Part shown: positions 12,219-25,523 of the stretch, piece by piece
How the letters are laid out: every line of letters begins with the position of its first letter
Position numbering within the stretch: the stretch's first letter is position 1
Source: Chara braunii
Taxonomy: Eukaryota; Plantae; Charophyceae
Reading direction: 5' to 3'
Length of the DNA: 64,000 nucleotides
NCBI GenBank assembly: GCA_003427395.1
Contig: BFEA01000002.1
Location: 8,736,339 to 8,800,338 of the forward strand
Notes under the pieces: generated by a model
Told to the model about the DNA's origin: nothing
What the model saw: only the letters and a program-made list of their open reading frames with translations
The model's database searches: none
Position numbers and translations under genes: made by a program

Positions 12219-12321
12219 ATCCTTCAGGACATCCGTTCAAACTGGAATAATACAGAGAAGATTAGCATGACCCTGGGCAAGGATGACACACATAAATCGA
12301 GAAATGGTCCAGATTGTTTTT
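12219..12321 (+). pseudogene. U6: U6 snRNA copy (probable pseudogene) ending in a T-run
   Basis: atccttcaggacatccgttcaaactggaataatacagagaagattagcatgaccctgggcaaggatgacacacataaatcgagaaatggtccagattgttttt; no TATA or plant USE visible upstream. Confidence 0.9.
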
Positions 12322-13232
12322 GTCCCGAGTCTTGAACACCATATGGAGGTTGTCATGTTGCGACCTGGCTGACTACTTGATGACAGGGCAAGTGATCAAA
12401 ACCTCTTATCAGCATCTGCGGGTGCTTCTGGAGGCCGGTGTGATCCCTGATTAGTAAATCGTAACGAACACCAGATCAGGTTGCCATTAGGCACCTGATC
12501 ATTTATATGAAGGAATGAAAAAGAAGTGTTTGTGTTTGAGAACCAAAGCATGGATGATATTTGCTTATTGATGTCACTATGATGAGGAACCAATGCCCAG
12601 TAGTCAGTGATGCCGGGATCGGCACTGATGGTGGAATGAGCACTGTAGTCTTCTTGGAAGTAGTAGCTGTGGGTGGAAAGGAATATGTAACTAGCATTGG
12701 TTAATGGAGACATTAGGTGAAACGAATGGGAAGAGCCAGCTTTCGACCAACATTTGTTGCTTTTGTCGAATGATACATGCTCGATCAAGCGATGTATATG
12801 GAGCCAAGGATCCGCTAAGTGATGAAAAGGACTTGAATGGACAATGCAGCGTCAGCAAAGCATCAACAAGCAATGTACATCCAGAGACATACGAAAATAG
12901 CACAATGTAGTGCAGCGGACGACTCAAAGATATGACCTGACCTGTCAGATACTGACTCGACACCCCATCATACGCCACACATGTGAGAGAGAGGGGAGGG
13001 ACCGCATACATAGACGGGACCTAAGAAAGGTCCGTCCTTGAGCACGCACATGGGGAGATACCACGGATGAGGGGATGGGGGAGGCGATACGAAGATGGAG
13101 ATGAGGGAGAAGACCAAGATCGTGATAGCAAAGTCCAAAAATAGTCTCCCTGCCGCATGTCCAATCAATGTCCGCCACAAAAATGTTGAATCAGATCCTG
13201 GGCCTCATGGCCCGATGTAACCTCTGCCTGTA

Positions 13233-13297
<65 letters not shown>

Positions 13298-14503
13298 AAA
13301 GAAGACGAAGAAGAAGAAGAAGAGAAGAGATGGAGGGCAAGAGCAGCAAAAAGAAGAAGATGTCGCCCTCCTCGCTGTCTCACTTGCAGGTAACTGCCAC
13401 CATGTGCTAACCGCCGCTGGCGTGTCTCTGATGCAGGTCGCTGGCGTGGACTCCAGCAATGGCGCCCAGGTAAGTAACACCGCTGCAGGTATGCCCACCG
13501 CCTCTCTCTCTCTCTACCTACACCTCTCTACCTCTACTCAGCGCCGTATCGCGCTGCTCCAGCAGCGTGTCGCCTAAGAAGTGCACTACTTGAACTGTGT
13601 CTGCCCTGGCCTGGGCCAGCTATATGTAACGCTGGGCCTCGCTGCTGTGCCTCTGGTCCTGGCCTGAAACGGCCTGCCTGGGTCCCTGCAGGACATCCAG
13701 GCCCTCCCTGCTGATGCAGCAGGGAGTGTCCGCTACTGGATGCCTGAACAGACAAAAATAGGACAGCAAATAAATAAATAAATGAATGCTGCCTCAAATC
13801 GAATCCTACGGCCCTAAGGCTGGCCGTGAGCCTCCAGGGCGCATGCCTGAATGGCATGCGACCTGGGGTCCCCCAGCACCCGTCGGGCCCCCAAAACGGG
13901 GCCCGTGTGCAGGCTCAGCATGTAACATCGAAGCTGTGACTGTGCCTGAGAATGCTATTACAATATGCGTGGAGATGTGGGTGCGTGGGTGATTCAAACA
14001 CCGATTCTCGCATCGGTATTGCAGGTCTCTCGATGTGCAGGTGTGCTAGGAAAGGAACCTATGCTGGACATTGGCCTCGAGGAGCATGGAGGAGATCAGC
14101 TTACCTATTCTTGATTGTTCGTAGCAATCTGTAAATCCCCCAGCCTGCGGCCACCTTTCATCATATCATGCACAGGGAGGGGTTGAGGCCGTACAATACA
14201 ATGAATGAGGTAGTGGCTTCATTAGGGACTGCAAGCTCCCTCCATGCAGAAGATACAGGAACTGTCTATATGGTACTCCAGTTACCTATTTTCGGTTGGC
14301 GATTGTTTTAACACATCGGTACTATGCAAGATTCTCTGTGGAGGGATAAGTTTGGCGATCGTTTTAACACATCGTTACGGTGTGAGATTTGTCTGTGGAA
14401 GGATAAGTTTGGCTCTGCTATCAGTTCTGTTCTAGACTTAGACAGTGTACAGTGTCAGAAGATGATGGAAATCACATTTTCACTCTCCCCATCATGATTC
14501 AGT

Positions 14504-14544
<41 letters not shown>

Positions 14545-15145
14545 GTTTTATTTTTACGTTTCGTTCTCTTCTGTGTTATGTTTCCAAACTGGCAAAAAAT
14601 GCTGAAAACGATGGACGAGGACTGAATTTTTCTGCTGCAATTGGTCTTGTGCTGCATTCCTGACAACATTTCGCCTAAACTCCAGGCGCAACAACTCTCC
14701 ATTCATCAAAGCCTTTGGATTCACGCAAAAGCGAGCATAGGATGCACACAGCGCATCAAGGCGCTGCAGGAGATGCAGAAGACACTACTGCTTCTGCCTC
14801 CATTTAACGCATGTCTCATGGACAGTTCACGGCGTTCCTCCCACGGCAAGAAATCCACCACCCAAGGAGCCAGGTACAAGATCTTTGGCAGCGGTTCTCC
14901 ACCTGCATTGTATACAAGGGTCATTTTGCACCTGCAGGAGCTGTGGAAGGCCCAATTTGGGTACTGGATGGGGGGGTGTATGGACTGGTAGGAGGATGAA
15001 GCTGGGCCCGGAGATGTGAACCCCCCCCAAGTACGCGACTGAAGACACGTGAAGGCTGCAACAGTGCCGACTCATTTTTGACACCCCAGGCGAGTGGTAG
15101 TTTTTCAACTACTGTTCAGTGAGGTCCACCGTTGGTGCACACACA

Positions 15146-15231
<86 letters not shown>

Positions 15232-15629
15232 NNNNNNNNNNNNNNNNNNNNNNNNNNNNNNNNNNNNNNNNNNNNNNNNNNNNNNNNNNNNNNNNNNNNN
15301 NNNNNNNNNNNNNNNNNNNNNNNNNNNNNNNNNNNNNNNNNNNNNNNNNNNNNNNNNNNNNNNNNNNNNNNNNNNNNNNNNNNNNNNNNNNNNNNNNNNN
15401 NNNNNNNNNNNNNNNNNNNNNNNNNNNNNNNNNNNNNNNNNNNNNNNNNNNNNNNNNNNNNNNNNNNNNNNNNNNNNNNNNNNNNNNNNNNNNNNNNNNN
15501 NNNNNNNNNNNNNNNNNNNNNNNNNNNNNNNNNNNNNNNNNNNNNNNNNNNNNNNNNNNNNNNNNNNNNNNNNNNNNNNNNNNNNNNNNNNNNNNNNNNN
15601 NNNNNNNNNNNNNNNNAGGAACAAGCTCC

Positions 15630-16028
15630 AATGTATTCGTGGGGAGCAGCACGTGTTGGGAACTGGGAACAGTGTCCCGTGGGGAGCAGCACGTGTTGGG
15701 AACCGGGAACAGTGTCCCACACGAAAAGTAATACAGAAGACTCGGGGTACCAGGGCCATGACCGGGCTTCGACTGGGCAAACAGACCAAATTGCTTCGGA
15801 GTGCTGCACTGAGCTGGTATGTTTTGTCTGTTTCTGGGGAACGGGTATAGAATGTATTCGTGGGGAGAAGCACGTGTTGGGAACTGGGAACAGTGCGCCA
15901 TACGAAAAGTAATACACAAGACTCGGGGTACCAGGGCCATTACTGGGCTTCGGCTGGGCAAACATACCAAATTGCTTCGGAGTGCTGCACTGAGCTGGTA
16001 TGTTTTGTCTGTTTCTGGGGAACGGGTA
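15630..16028. repeat. Tandem repeat of ~181-bp period next to an assembly gap
   Basis: acgaaaagtaatac at 15721 and 15902; internal subrepeat gtggggagcagcacgtgttgggaac. Confidence 0.85.
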
Positions 16029-16174
16029 CCTTGTTCTTCTTTTGTACTGAGGTTGTTGTGTCGCTTCAGTCTAGGAACAACCTATTTGCACCCTAAGCTG
16101 TTTTGGGATGTTGGCAGCCATCTGTGAAACGTGCACGGAATGACAGATCAATCAATCGCTAACCCATTGCTTAA

Positions 16175-16630
16175 ACCACCTCTACCTTTCGCAGGCAAAC
16201 TCAAAGCACTAATTTGCCACAAAGTTCACAAACCGCATTCTTCTGGTGAACAGTGCTACTGGACCGAAATGGCTGGAGCTTGGTGGTGCCAGCCAAAAAA
16301 AAAAAAAAAACATGTCGTGCTGGTACTTCAATGAAGCTTGGCACGCAACTATATTCGACCTCGACAAAAAGAGGCCTGGAGGTACTGGTGGCTTAGTAGA
16401 ATGCCCTCGTGCAGATACAATCTTGGAATAGGTTAGACCAGCCGTACCTTTCCCCTACATCAGCCACGGGCCGGTATCCGCAACTTTCAGAGGTAGATCC
16501 AAAAGGAATAGTAGGCTGCCAATGAAATTTATCAACGGCAGCCCAACAGCTGCCCTGTCCCCGAAGAATACGGGATACAATGATACATTATATTCCCACT
16601 TTTCGCAACACTGTGAAAGGTATTGGTGGT
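16175..16630. mobile_element. TTAA-flanked non-autonomous DNA transposon (456 bp)
   Basis: TTAA|accacctctacctttcgcag...ctgtgaaaggtattggtggt|TTAA (~20-bp imperfect TIR). Confidence 0.75.
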
Positions 16631-16634
16631 TTAA

Positions 16635-16813
16635 ACCGCCAGTACATGGCCCCAGCCTTGCTGAAAAAGAGACTCGTCACCTACAAAAACAATTGGAGGC
16701 TCGATCTACCGGACCACAATGGCTGGCGGCACCAGCCAAAAAAGAGTGCCCGCTGGCGATTTGGAAAGCTTGGCGCACAGTAAGGCACCTGCGGACCCGG
16801 GTGTGCTGGTGGT
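16635..16813. mobile_element. TTAA-flanked MITE sharing its left TTAA with the previous element
   Basis: TTAA|accgccagtaca...tgtgctggtggt|TTAA. Confidence 0.7.
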
Positions 16814-16928
16814 TTAAGGCCTCGTCAACTATCTTCATGACGGAGTTCCCCGATCACAACCCAATTATCTACGTAAGCGTATTGTCTACGCTTATGTAGA
16901 CATTTTTTGCATCATATATCTTCACGAC

Positions 16929-19074
16929 TTAGTGCCCTTCACAATCCATTCCTTGGGTAATCAACTCCAAGAAGCATAAAGACACACAAAAATCCTTTGA
17001 GGAACACTGGCTGCCAGGGAACACTGAACCCAATTTCGAGTTGTAGAAAGGTAGGAATGAGGACGAGGTGCTGAGACAGCCTCTCTTTGGCAACGAGTGG
17101 TTGAAGGGCGAAAGTGATGAACCCTTGTTCTTAGACCACAAATGGCAGTCATGGGTAAGGAATGGAGTCTGGACAATCAGCCACTTGTGGAACGAAGAAA
17201 AGAAGGAATGGGTCTCTGAACAGGAGTTAAGCGAACGTTTGAAGGGATGCCATAGAAGAGGACCCAACCTGCAGTTCATTATTAATCTTGTTCCTCAGGA
17301 TTGGAAAGATATGGTAAAACAAGGGGAGCCTTGGAAAAGTGGAGAATGGGGGATCAAAGTGCAGGAAACCTCCCCCTCTACGGCCTTCCAATTCTCACAC
17401 CTACAACCCGGATCAGTCACTCAAGCGGTGCTCGCTTCCTTCCCAATTGATCACTCCACGAAGGGGATGACATCGATTAAGAACATCAACGTGGAAACGA
17501 CAGTCATGGATTACTTCCTGCTCAGAAAAGTAAGGGTCTTAGGCACATGGACGAAGTTCATCTTCAGAACCGATACGGCCTTACACAACCTGGACTTCGA
17601 CCCGATGGAGTGGGCATGGAAACCAGAAAGGAGGACAAACATAAAGAGGCTCACCCCCATTCAGGATTACACGGTCAAATTTGGGTATGAGCTACTGCTA
17701 AAAACAAAAGACCCAGAACCAGTGATCAAGGCCAGGTNGCAGAAGCTAATAGGACNGGAAGCAGACAATATCACACAGATCCCGTGGAAGATTTATAAAA
17801 TGATCAGACCAATCAAAATCAAAAGCCTCCAATGGCTGATTATATATGCGGCACTACCAGTTAACCAGTGGCTACACGTNAGGCGGAAGGGTNCAGACCC
17901 CGACAGTTCCGATCAATNCAAAGTATGTACGGAAGGGGCTGTAGAGGATATAGTACACTGCTTAATACACTGTAGGGAGGCGACAGAATTCTGGGCAAGA
18001 GCCTCGACCCTCTGGGANTCCCTTNTCCCGACTCNTTTCCCNGAACAACCCATCCAACTTCTCCTTCTGACTAACATCCCTGAACAACTCCGGAAAGCGG
18101 AAAAGATTTGGTATGGACTCGTCAGGAAGGTGACACTATGGATCATATGGAAGGAAAGATGCAGCAGAACGATCGATGGAGTGTCCAACTCACGAGAGAT
18201 GATTTGGCTGGAGACGAAAGCAATGATACAGGCGGAAATCCTATGCCGTTAGCGGAAAATCAAACAATCATGGTCAGAGGATGAGGAACAGCGAAAGAAG
18301 GTGGGACTGAAGTTCAGAAGGATATGGTTGATAAAAGGGAAAGTTGCTGATCTACGAGACGACCGCATCTACTGGAAGGACTGGCACAACTCCAACTCGG
18401 GAAGAAGTATTTGGCAGAGTTTAACTGCGCAAGGGCAAGGCACCTCCGGACCAGAATCTCGAAGAGGAAACGGTGTACCTATACCATTACTTTAGGGAAG
18501 GCACAGCCTGGGAATGGAAGTACGTTTTTGGAAGGTAGAAGCGTGCGAAAAAAGGCTGACGCAAAGGATGTTAGAGTAAAAGCACAATGAAGACAGGTTC
18601 CCGTATCACTCTAATAGAATAGAGACATAACCTTAAATCCCAGCCCAGAAGGGACAGCGAGGCCCAATAGTGGAGGGTTCAGGGTTTAGGGTTCTAGTAG
18701 CATCAAAAAAAGGGAGAAAGCTCAATGGGGGAAGGGATACTTCAACTCACGGGCTGAACTGGCGAGGAGGGAAGTATAAACAAGCAGAAATTATGGATGA
18801 GCTCTTTCTAGGGGACATAGCTTCATTAGGCAGGGCTGGTTATACCAGGTCTGAGAGGAAAGAGCGAGTCATGGCAAGCTGACAGTCAATCCTCCACCAA
18901 TGGTGGAGCAATCAATGCTGTTCAGGGGTCCTTCGGCCAAACGGGAGGAAGCGTGAGTCTATGATGTAAAGTAATCTTTCCTTTTGACTTGCCGGTGGAA
19001 TAGGAACCGGACTGACGCTCCCCAGAATAAAAGGAGCCTGGACCAAAAGGCCTGTTTTGTTTATAAAAAAAAAA
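16929..19074 (+). mobile_element. 5'-truncated L1/Tx1-like LINE: ORF2 C-terminus with zf-RVT, 3' UTR and poly(A)
   Basis: ORF 17068-18252 with KIKSLQWLI...ALPV, C...EDIVHCLIHC...FW and LWIIWKERC motifs; poly(A) at ~19065-19074. Confidence 0.8.
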
Positions 19075-19335
19075 GGAATGAAATAACTCTTAACAGAGGT
19101 AGAGCGGTGATGAATCAAGGATTCAAGGTTAAGCATGGTCAGAAGAACACATTCAGATGCAGGTGGTTCTGGATCAGGAAATATTCGACCGCCTAGGCAA
19201 GGGGTCACTGACCAAACTCTAATTATGAAAGAGCGTATCTGACATTCCACTTACGCAGACTGAGTGGAATGTCTCAGACGATCAGCTTATTTCATCAGCT
19301 AGACATTTCGTTAGAGATAGCAAACGACAGATTAA

Positions 19336-19486
19336 ACCACCAGTACTTCCTAAAGTTGTGTCCGTATACAAGCCACAACTTTAGGAAACGTACGGCCCAC
19401 TACAGGAGCGCCCAAATTCATGCGACTAGAAATGTTTTCATCACTCTATTTTTTTGCGTGGCCTAGCTGGGCCAAGTACTGGTGGT
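19336..19486. mobile_element. TTAA-flanked MITE, copy 2 (inverted relative to copy 1)
   Basis: TTAA|accaccagtacttcc...gccaagtactggtggt|TTAA. Confidence 0.9.
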
Positions 19487-20420
19487 TTAAAGGCGTAGAC
19501 TAGAAAGGGCAAAAGTTATGAACTGACAGTAAATCCTTTGAAAGAAAAGTAATCGATGCCGTCAAGATCCGTTTTACTTTTTGTAGTCACAGTAAGTTTT
19601 CAAAAACAGGGGTGGAACAGTAGTAAACCCTTCCAATTGGCAAGTAGTCAATGCTGTTGTCTCAGGATCTCTCGACAATAACGGGGAGACGAGTTGAGTG
19701 AGTACATCTGATGTAAGGGATCCCCTTTTTCGTTAAAAGAAAGGGGGATCGATGCAAAAGAAGAAAAAAAGAAAGAAAAAGGTTTGTTACCAGCCAAGGT
19801 CTTTCCTATAGTGTACTGGACTTTGGAATGGTACTTGAGGAGATTGCTGATGCAGCAACACTGCTACTCAAATAGTGAGGGAGATCTCATCTCGTTTTGG
19901 GCATCTCACCTCAGCGATTGATTGTGGACCGGGGGAGAGAAATGGGTGGGCAGGAGGTGCCTGAACCCCCACATATTTGAGGAGGAGCTGTGTCAAGGGA
20001 GATACCTGTGCTCCGTGTGAGGCTGGCAGGCTACTGAAGAAGAGTGCAATAGTGAGAGCAGTTATGGCATAGCACGGCTATAGAGGCTAGGAGGAGATAA
20101 TGTCCACAGTCGACTACTGCCTCTAAGTTGTGAGGTACACCCGGAGCCATTGGCAAGATTACAGGGAGGCCATGCGTGGAGATCAGCAGCAGGAAGCGGG
20201 CATCGGGGTTGAACCAGATCTACAAGTGCTTTTCGTGATTAACTGCATCCACCTGCTGGAGGTGTCATTGCCTGAACCACATCTACACGTGCTTTTCGTG
20301 ATTCACTGCATCCACCTGATGGAGGTGTCAAATTGTCAATGCTACCCGAGGTCGCACCATGACAACTATTGCCACCGATTTCCTACCTTGCGCACTGAAG
20401 CGTGAGCGCGCGCGCGCGCG

Positions 20421-20498
<78 letters not shown>

Positions 20499-20641
20499 NN
20501 NNNNNNNNNNNNNNNNNNNNNNNNNNNNNNNNNNNNNNNNNNNNNNNNNNNNNNNNNNNNNNNNNNNNNNNNNNNNNNNNNNNNNNNNNNNNNNNNNNNN
20601 NNNNNNNNNNNNNNNNNNNNNNNNNNNNNNNNNNNNNNNNN

Positions 20642-20706
<65 letters not shown>

Positions 20707-21197
20707 TTCAGGGGATTGTTACCATTTTTCTCGCTGCTGCAGCCACCTTCATTTTTTTTTACCTTCTCTTCATCATGATCATAGCTATCTGCATTGTCGG
20801 TGCCTTCTTCCCATTCTCACCACTCCACATGATTGTTGGATGCACTTGTTTCTTGCGACTCTTCTACATATGGTAATGTTACGTCTCTGACTATGCCCTG
20901 CTGACTTCAACATGATCAAAGACTTCCCTGCTGGGCTTACTTTCCTTTCTACCCCTGCTGCTGTTTGTTCCATTGCCGTCACTACCGGATGACTTTGTCG
21001 GTTTGGTGGATTGACAAACAAGATGCAGCCTGCAAGGCAACCCACCGATCATCTGTATAGCCTTGCAGGATGTCAGCATGACTGACAAGCATACAAGAGC
21101 AGTTGTTTATGCTGCAATTGTAAATCTCACCGGACTATCGCGTGCTATGACATGCAAGATACTGAGAAGGCTATTGAGCAGCACTACCATTAGAAGG

Positions 21198-21740
21198 CCC
21201 AGCAACAAGAAGGAAACTGTGTGAGCCTGATGTCAGAGGGGCAACACCCACCACCTGACTTGGCTGCCCACCTGCCAGCGGGTATGCGTCGTATTTAGCT
21301 GCCACTCTTGCTTCTATGTGGATACCACACGTGGCTAATCCTCCGTTATCTAAGGATTACTTTACCTTGTTTGGTGAAGACCTAGCAACATGACGGAAAC
21401 TGTGTGAGCCTGACATCAGAGGGGCAACACCCTCCACCTGACTTGGCTGCCCCAGCTGCCAGTGGGTCCGCGTTGTATTTAGCTGCCACTCTTGCTTCTA
21501 TGTGGATATCTCACATGACTAATCCTCCGTTAACTAAGGATTACTTTACCTCGTTTGGCGAAGGCCTAGCAACAAGAAGGAACTGAGTGAGCCTGACGTC
21601 AGATGGGCAACACCCTCCACCTGACCTGGCTGCCCAGCCGCCAGTGGGTCCGCATTGTATTTAGCTGCCACTCTTGCTTTTATGTGGATACCTCACATGG
21701 CTAATCCTCCGTTATCTAAGCATTACTTCACCTTGTTTGG
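21198..21740. repeat. Three tandem 183-bp units
   Basis: gtgagcctga at 21221, 21404 and 21587. Confidence 0.9.
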
Positions 21741-22401
21741 CAATCCATCAGGATACCTTATCCGTGTGCACAGATACTTAAGTGCCTAAATCACCATCTC
21801 CTGAAGCTATTTGTCAAACCACTTCCTGACGTTAACCCTAACACGCCGGATTAGCAGGGCTTTTGGCCTGCCTGAGGCTGGGAGGTTGTATCGATCACCC
21901 CCATGTATATTGATAAAGGGAGCGGAATTAGAGAGAAATAGCTTTTTCATCAACATCCAATGCCAGGACTTCCAATTTCAGCTGCAGATGATCCACTATC
22001 AACTAGCTGCAGCACCTGGGTCCTGTGTTCCCAGGGACTCGCCTTTTCTGTGACTACTCATTTCTCCACGTTAGATTGTGCCGTTCTTCTGGCACATCAT
22101 TCAAGGTGCCTGCATTTAGCAGCATCTGCCCTTGGCTGACATGTGTGACATTCGAGATAGACCACCTTCCTTGCAAGCAAGCGATGGGTGGAAATGAAAG
22201 ACTTCAATATATGAGAAAGGTGTCATGTGATGCCCCTCTTTGCATCCTGTTGTCCAATGTCCTATCGTGGATGCTTCAGTGGATTGTGAAGCCACTCCTG
22301 AGTACGTGAGGCAATCATTTATTGATCAGGCTGGCATTTCGGAGAAAGTGGGAAGAAAGACATTCCCCATGGAGGGCAAGTCAGTAGATGGCTGTGCACA
22401 A

Positions 22402-22507
22402 CAGCTAAATGATTTATTGCATTGCCGCATGCTATTCTAGCTAAATGATTTATTGCATTGCCGCATGCTATTCTAGCTAAATGATTTATTGCATTGCCGC
22501 ATGCTAT
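22402..22507. repeat. 36-bp tandem repeat (about 3 units), interrupted by the LTR element
   Basis: agctaaatgatttattgcattgccgcatgctattct; resumes as ctattctagc at 27556. Confidence 0.85.
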
Positions 22508-23392
22508 TGCAATCAGCCTCGACTTAGTCACACTTCGACATGCATGCAAACAGCGAAACAGCAAACTGGCGACATGCGCCCACACAGTACTCGAAGATAT
22601 CGTAACCAGATAAGAGTTCTCTTCCAACTGGCTATGGCGACTGTGCGCCCACACAACTCACTGTTCGCACCTGGATGTCCCACACGCAACACTCTGCACT
22701 TANACGCGACACACACNCACACTCACTACTAACTACAGCTATGGCAGCTGTCGCTGCATCTAACCTATCGCTATGCNAACTCCCCCTCTCTAGCCCACTG
22801 CGTCCTCCGGGCTCATCTGCAGACCTCCTTGCACAAGTCGCTGTGGCAGCGCTTCCGCATGGCTCACGCAGGAATGAATGAATGGCTGGGCGCTGCCTCT
22901 TGATTTATACTTCAGAAACTCGCTGGTCTGCCCTTTGCCATCGGCCCTTGATGCTCACAGTCCCCCTGTGGTACTTGCTGGACCGGAGTGGGACTGACTG
23001 GACCCTCGGCTGACTGACTGTGGACTCACCGCTATCCTACCGACGTTGTACTGCNNTTGCACTGCGGTTTAGTCCACCACTTGCCTCACCACTTGACCAC
23101 TTGCCCACTTGCCTACCTTCTAGAAGGTCTACAGCTAAGCTTCCGGAACTCACTAAGACTCCTACGCTATAGACCTACAGATCGAACCCCTGCTGTTTAT
23201 GGACCTACGACAGGCCTACCAACTGCCTACGAATACACAGGTCACAGGTTCAATTCTCGGGGTCTAAACAGATACTGTACATGGGTAGGGTGAGGTCTAG
23301 GGATCGAACCCTGGGTACTGCATCCGCCACTGCTAAAAGGTGAAAACCGTTTCACTCCTGCCGGCTTAAATTCGAGGTCCTCCAAGAAAATT

Positions 23393-24736
23393 TCAGTCCA
23401 AGGCAGGACCTTTACCCCTCTGCTGTCTCTCGTAGGCTCGGACTATATCGGGAGCTGTCTCTAGAAGTTCAGACCTTGTTAACCAGCGGTCGTCTTCCGG
23501 TTCTTGATAACTAAAGTGAACCTTGTACTGTTTCTGTGGACAACCCCTACCTCCAGTCCTGAATACATCTTCAGCCACTATTCCATCAATGTCGTATCTT
23601 CCATCCATATCCGGTGGGATCATGGACCTACGGGATGGAAACTGATCACTTGTTTGACACGGTAACAACTTCGATGCGTGGAAAACTGGGTACGTGTGGA
23701 GGTGTGCTGGGAGTTCTATGGTATAGGACGGTCCATCTTCGCCGCCTTTGACTTCTAAGACTGGCCACGGTCCTCTATAGGTGGGCAGTAACTTCTGCGA
23801 GATGTTCTCCTCAGGTGTAAACTCTTTAGAACTGACCCAGACTAAGTCGCCTACTTGAAACTGCGAGGGGCGACGATGCTTATTGGCTTGCTCTATTATC
23901 CTGTGCTGGGCCTTTCTGAGGTTCTCTACTACAATAGCTAGTTCCTTCTCGTGTTGCACAGCAAACTCCCTGGTCCCGGGTGGCAATCTGTGAATCTGAT
24001 CCCGGCTAAGTCCTTCAAATNGTCTACGGGGCCTAAAGGACTTGTGCAGTTCGTTGGAAGTGCGGCAGGTGGACANATGCACGCTGTTATTATATGCACT
24101 AGCTACCTTAGGTAACATCTCATCCCAGTTAATCTGATCTGACCTAATGTACATGCGCAGAACTTGCTGTAGGATCTTGTTCATTTGCTCTGTCTGACCG
24201 TTAGTCTCTGGATGACGGTTAGATGACATCAACAACTTAGATCCATACACTCCCAGGAGCTCTTGCCAGTTCTGGCTGGTAAAGGGACTATCTCTATCGC
24301 TAACTATTGACAGCGGGATTCCATTCTCACTAACCCAACAGTCAAAAAATCTTTGTATGACTAAATCAGTACGTGCCTCTGAAGGCAAAGGAACAAAGAC
24401 TACGTACTTACTAAATCGGTCTACTATGACCATGACTTGGCTCTTGCCATGCCTGCTCTTGACTTGAGTGTCCATGAAATCTATTGACACTGAGTCTCCC
24501 GGCTGATCCGGAATGGGCAAGGATCTGAGAAGACCTAACGGGGCGCGCGTACGGGTCTTATTACGCTGACAAATTTTGCAACTGCGGACATACTCTACGC
24601 AGTCATTCTTCATCCCTGGCCAGGTATACGCCCGCATCAGATTGGCTAAAGTCTTCTGCCAACCAAAATGACCTTCTGTGTCATGGCACTCTCCCAAGAT
24701 CAAACTGCGGATCTCTTCACTACTGGGGATACACAA
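23393..24736 (-). CDS. Gypsy integrase with HHCC, DDE, GPY/F and C-terminal chromodomain
   Basis: HDTEGH...CKIC; SIDF, SDRD, QTE; YRGPW; YDIDGIV...YKVHF...EDDRWL. Confidence 0.9.
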   Translation of the reverse strand: MCIPSSEEIRSLILGECHDTEGHFGWQKTLANLMRAYTWPGMKNDCVEYVRSCKICQRNKTRTRAPLGLLRSLPIPDQPGDSVSIDFMDTQVKSRHGKSQVMVIVDRFSKYVVFVPLPSEARTDLVIQRFFDCWVSENGIPLSIVSDRDSPFTSQNWQELLGVYGSKLLMSSNRHPETNGQTEQMNKILQQVLRMYIRSDQINWDEMLPKVASAYNNSVHXSTCRTSNELHKSFRPRRXFEGLSRDQIHRLPPGTREFAVQHEKELAIVVENLRKAQHRIIEQANKHRRPSQFQVGDLVWVSSKEFTPEENISQKLLPTYRGPWPVLEVKGGEDGPSYTIELPAHLHTYPVFHASKLLPCQTSDQFPSRRSMIPPDMDGRYDIDGIVAEDVFRTGGRGCPQKQYKVHFSYQEPEDDRWLTRSELLETAPDIVRAYERQQRGKGPALD

Positions 24737-24812
24737 CCGGTCAAAGACATTAGTCTTCTCGAAAAGTAACCCTTCCGTAGTGCGGTAGTTCGGCTCGGTC
24801 TCTGGGGCCTCC

Positions 24813-25523
24813 TATCAGTTCGCGCGCAAAGTCCCGGAATCCCATTCGCATCAAGCGCACAACTATGTCTTGACTTCGGCTAAACTCGTATTGCTGTTCT
24901 TGTATCTTTGCTAGACGCTCGACGCTCTGGGCGAGGATCTCTACCTTTCGTTCGAGGTCTACCTGAGGGGTCAACTTTAAACTTAATTTTTGCACTTCTT
25001 CTAACTCCTTGACCGCCTCACTCGCTGCCTCCACCCTTCTCTTCTTTTCCCTCATCATCGCGAGTTTCCATTCCATCCTCTGCTCATCCTCCATCGCCTG
25101 CCGCTTCAGCATATCCTTTTCTGCTTCCCATTTCTTCAGGGCNGCTTCCTGGTNATCCTTGGGGATATACATAGCCACTTCTTCTTCCTCTCCCAAGGAC
25201 AAATNAGNGACCCATTCTGAAATCNGTTTCTCCATTTCTTCACCCTTGCTGCCACTGTGCTGCCCTCTCCTTCTTTCCAGTGGCGGTCCCTCGTCTTCTT
25301 CCTCTTCCACCTCTTTCAACTTCTCCTCTTCCTCTTTCTTGATTCTCTCCTTCTCTCTGACCATTTCTTCCTCTAGCTTCTTCATCTTGGCCGCCTGCTA
25401 CTCCTGCAGGGCTTTCTTCTTGGCCTCCCTCTTCTCTTTTCTCTCTTGCAGGATGGCGGCCATCTTCGCCGCCTCCTCCTTTGTGTACGGCATAGTGGAG
25501 GTGCCGCGCCGGGTGTCTACCAT
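24813..25523 (-). CDS. Coiled-coil gag-like N-terminal ORF (disrupted)
   Basis: E/K-rich ORF 24750-25385 in gag position; joins pol-derived sequence at ~24813 by comparison with the copy at 63480-63590. Confidence 0.5.

Noticed and set aside
12219-12321. Functional U6 gene
   Set aside because: Several substitutions and no visible TATA or USE upstream; kept as a probable pseudogene
15094-15970. Long ORFs spanning N-gaps (also at 4087, 20359 and 26590)
   Set aside because: Artefacts of assembly gaps and microsatellites
18675-18695. Telomere-like gggttcagggtttaggg
   Set aside because: Only one perfect unit, within a LINE 3' UTR
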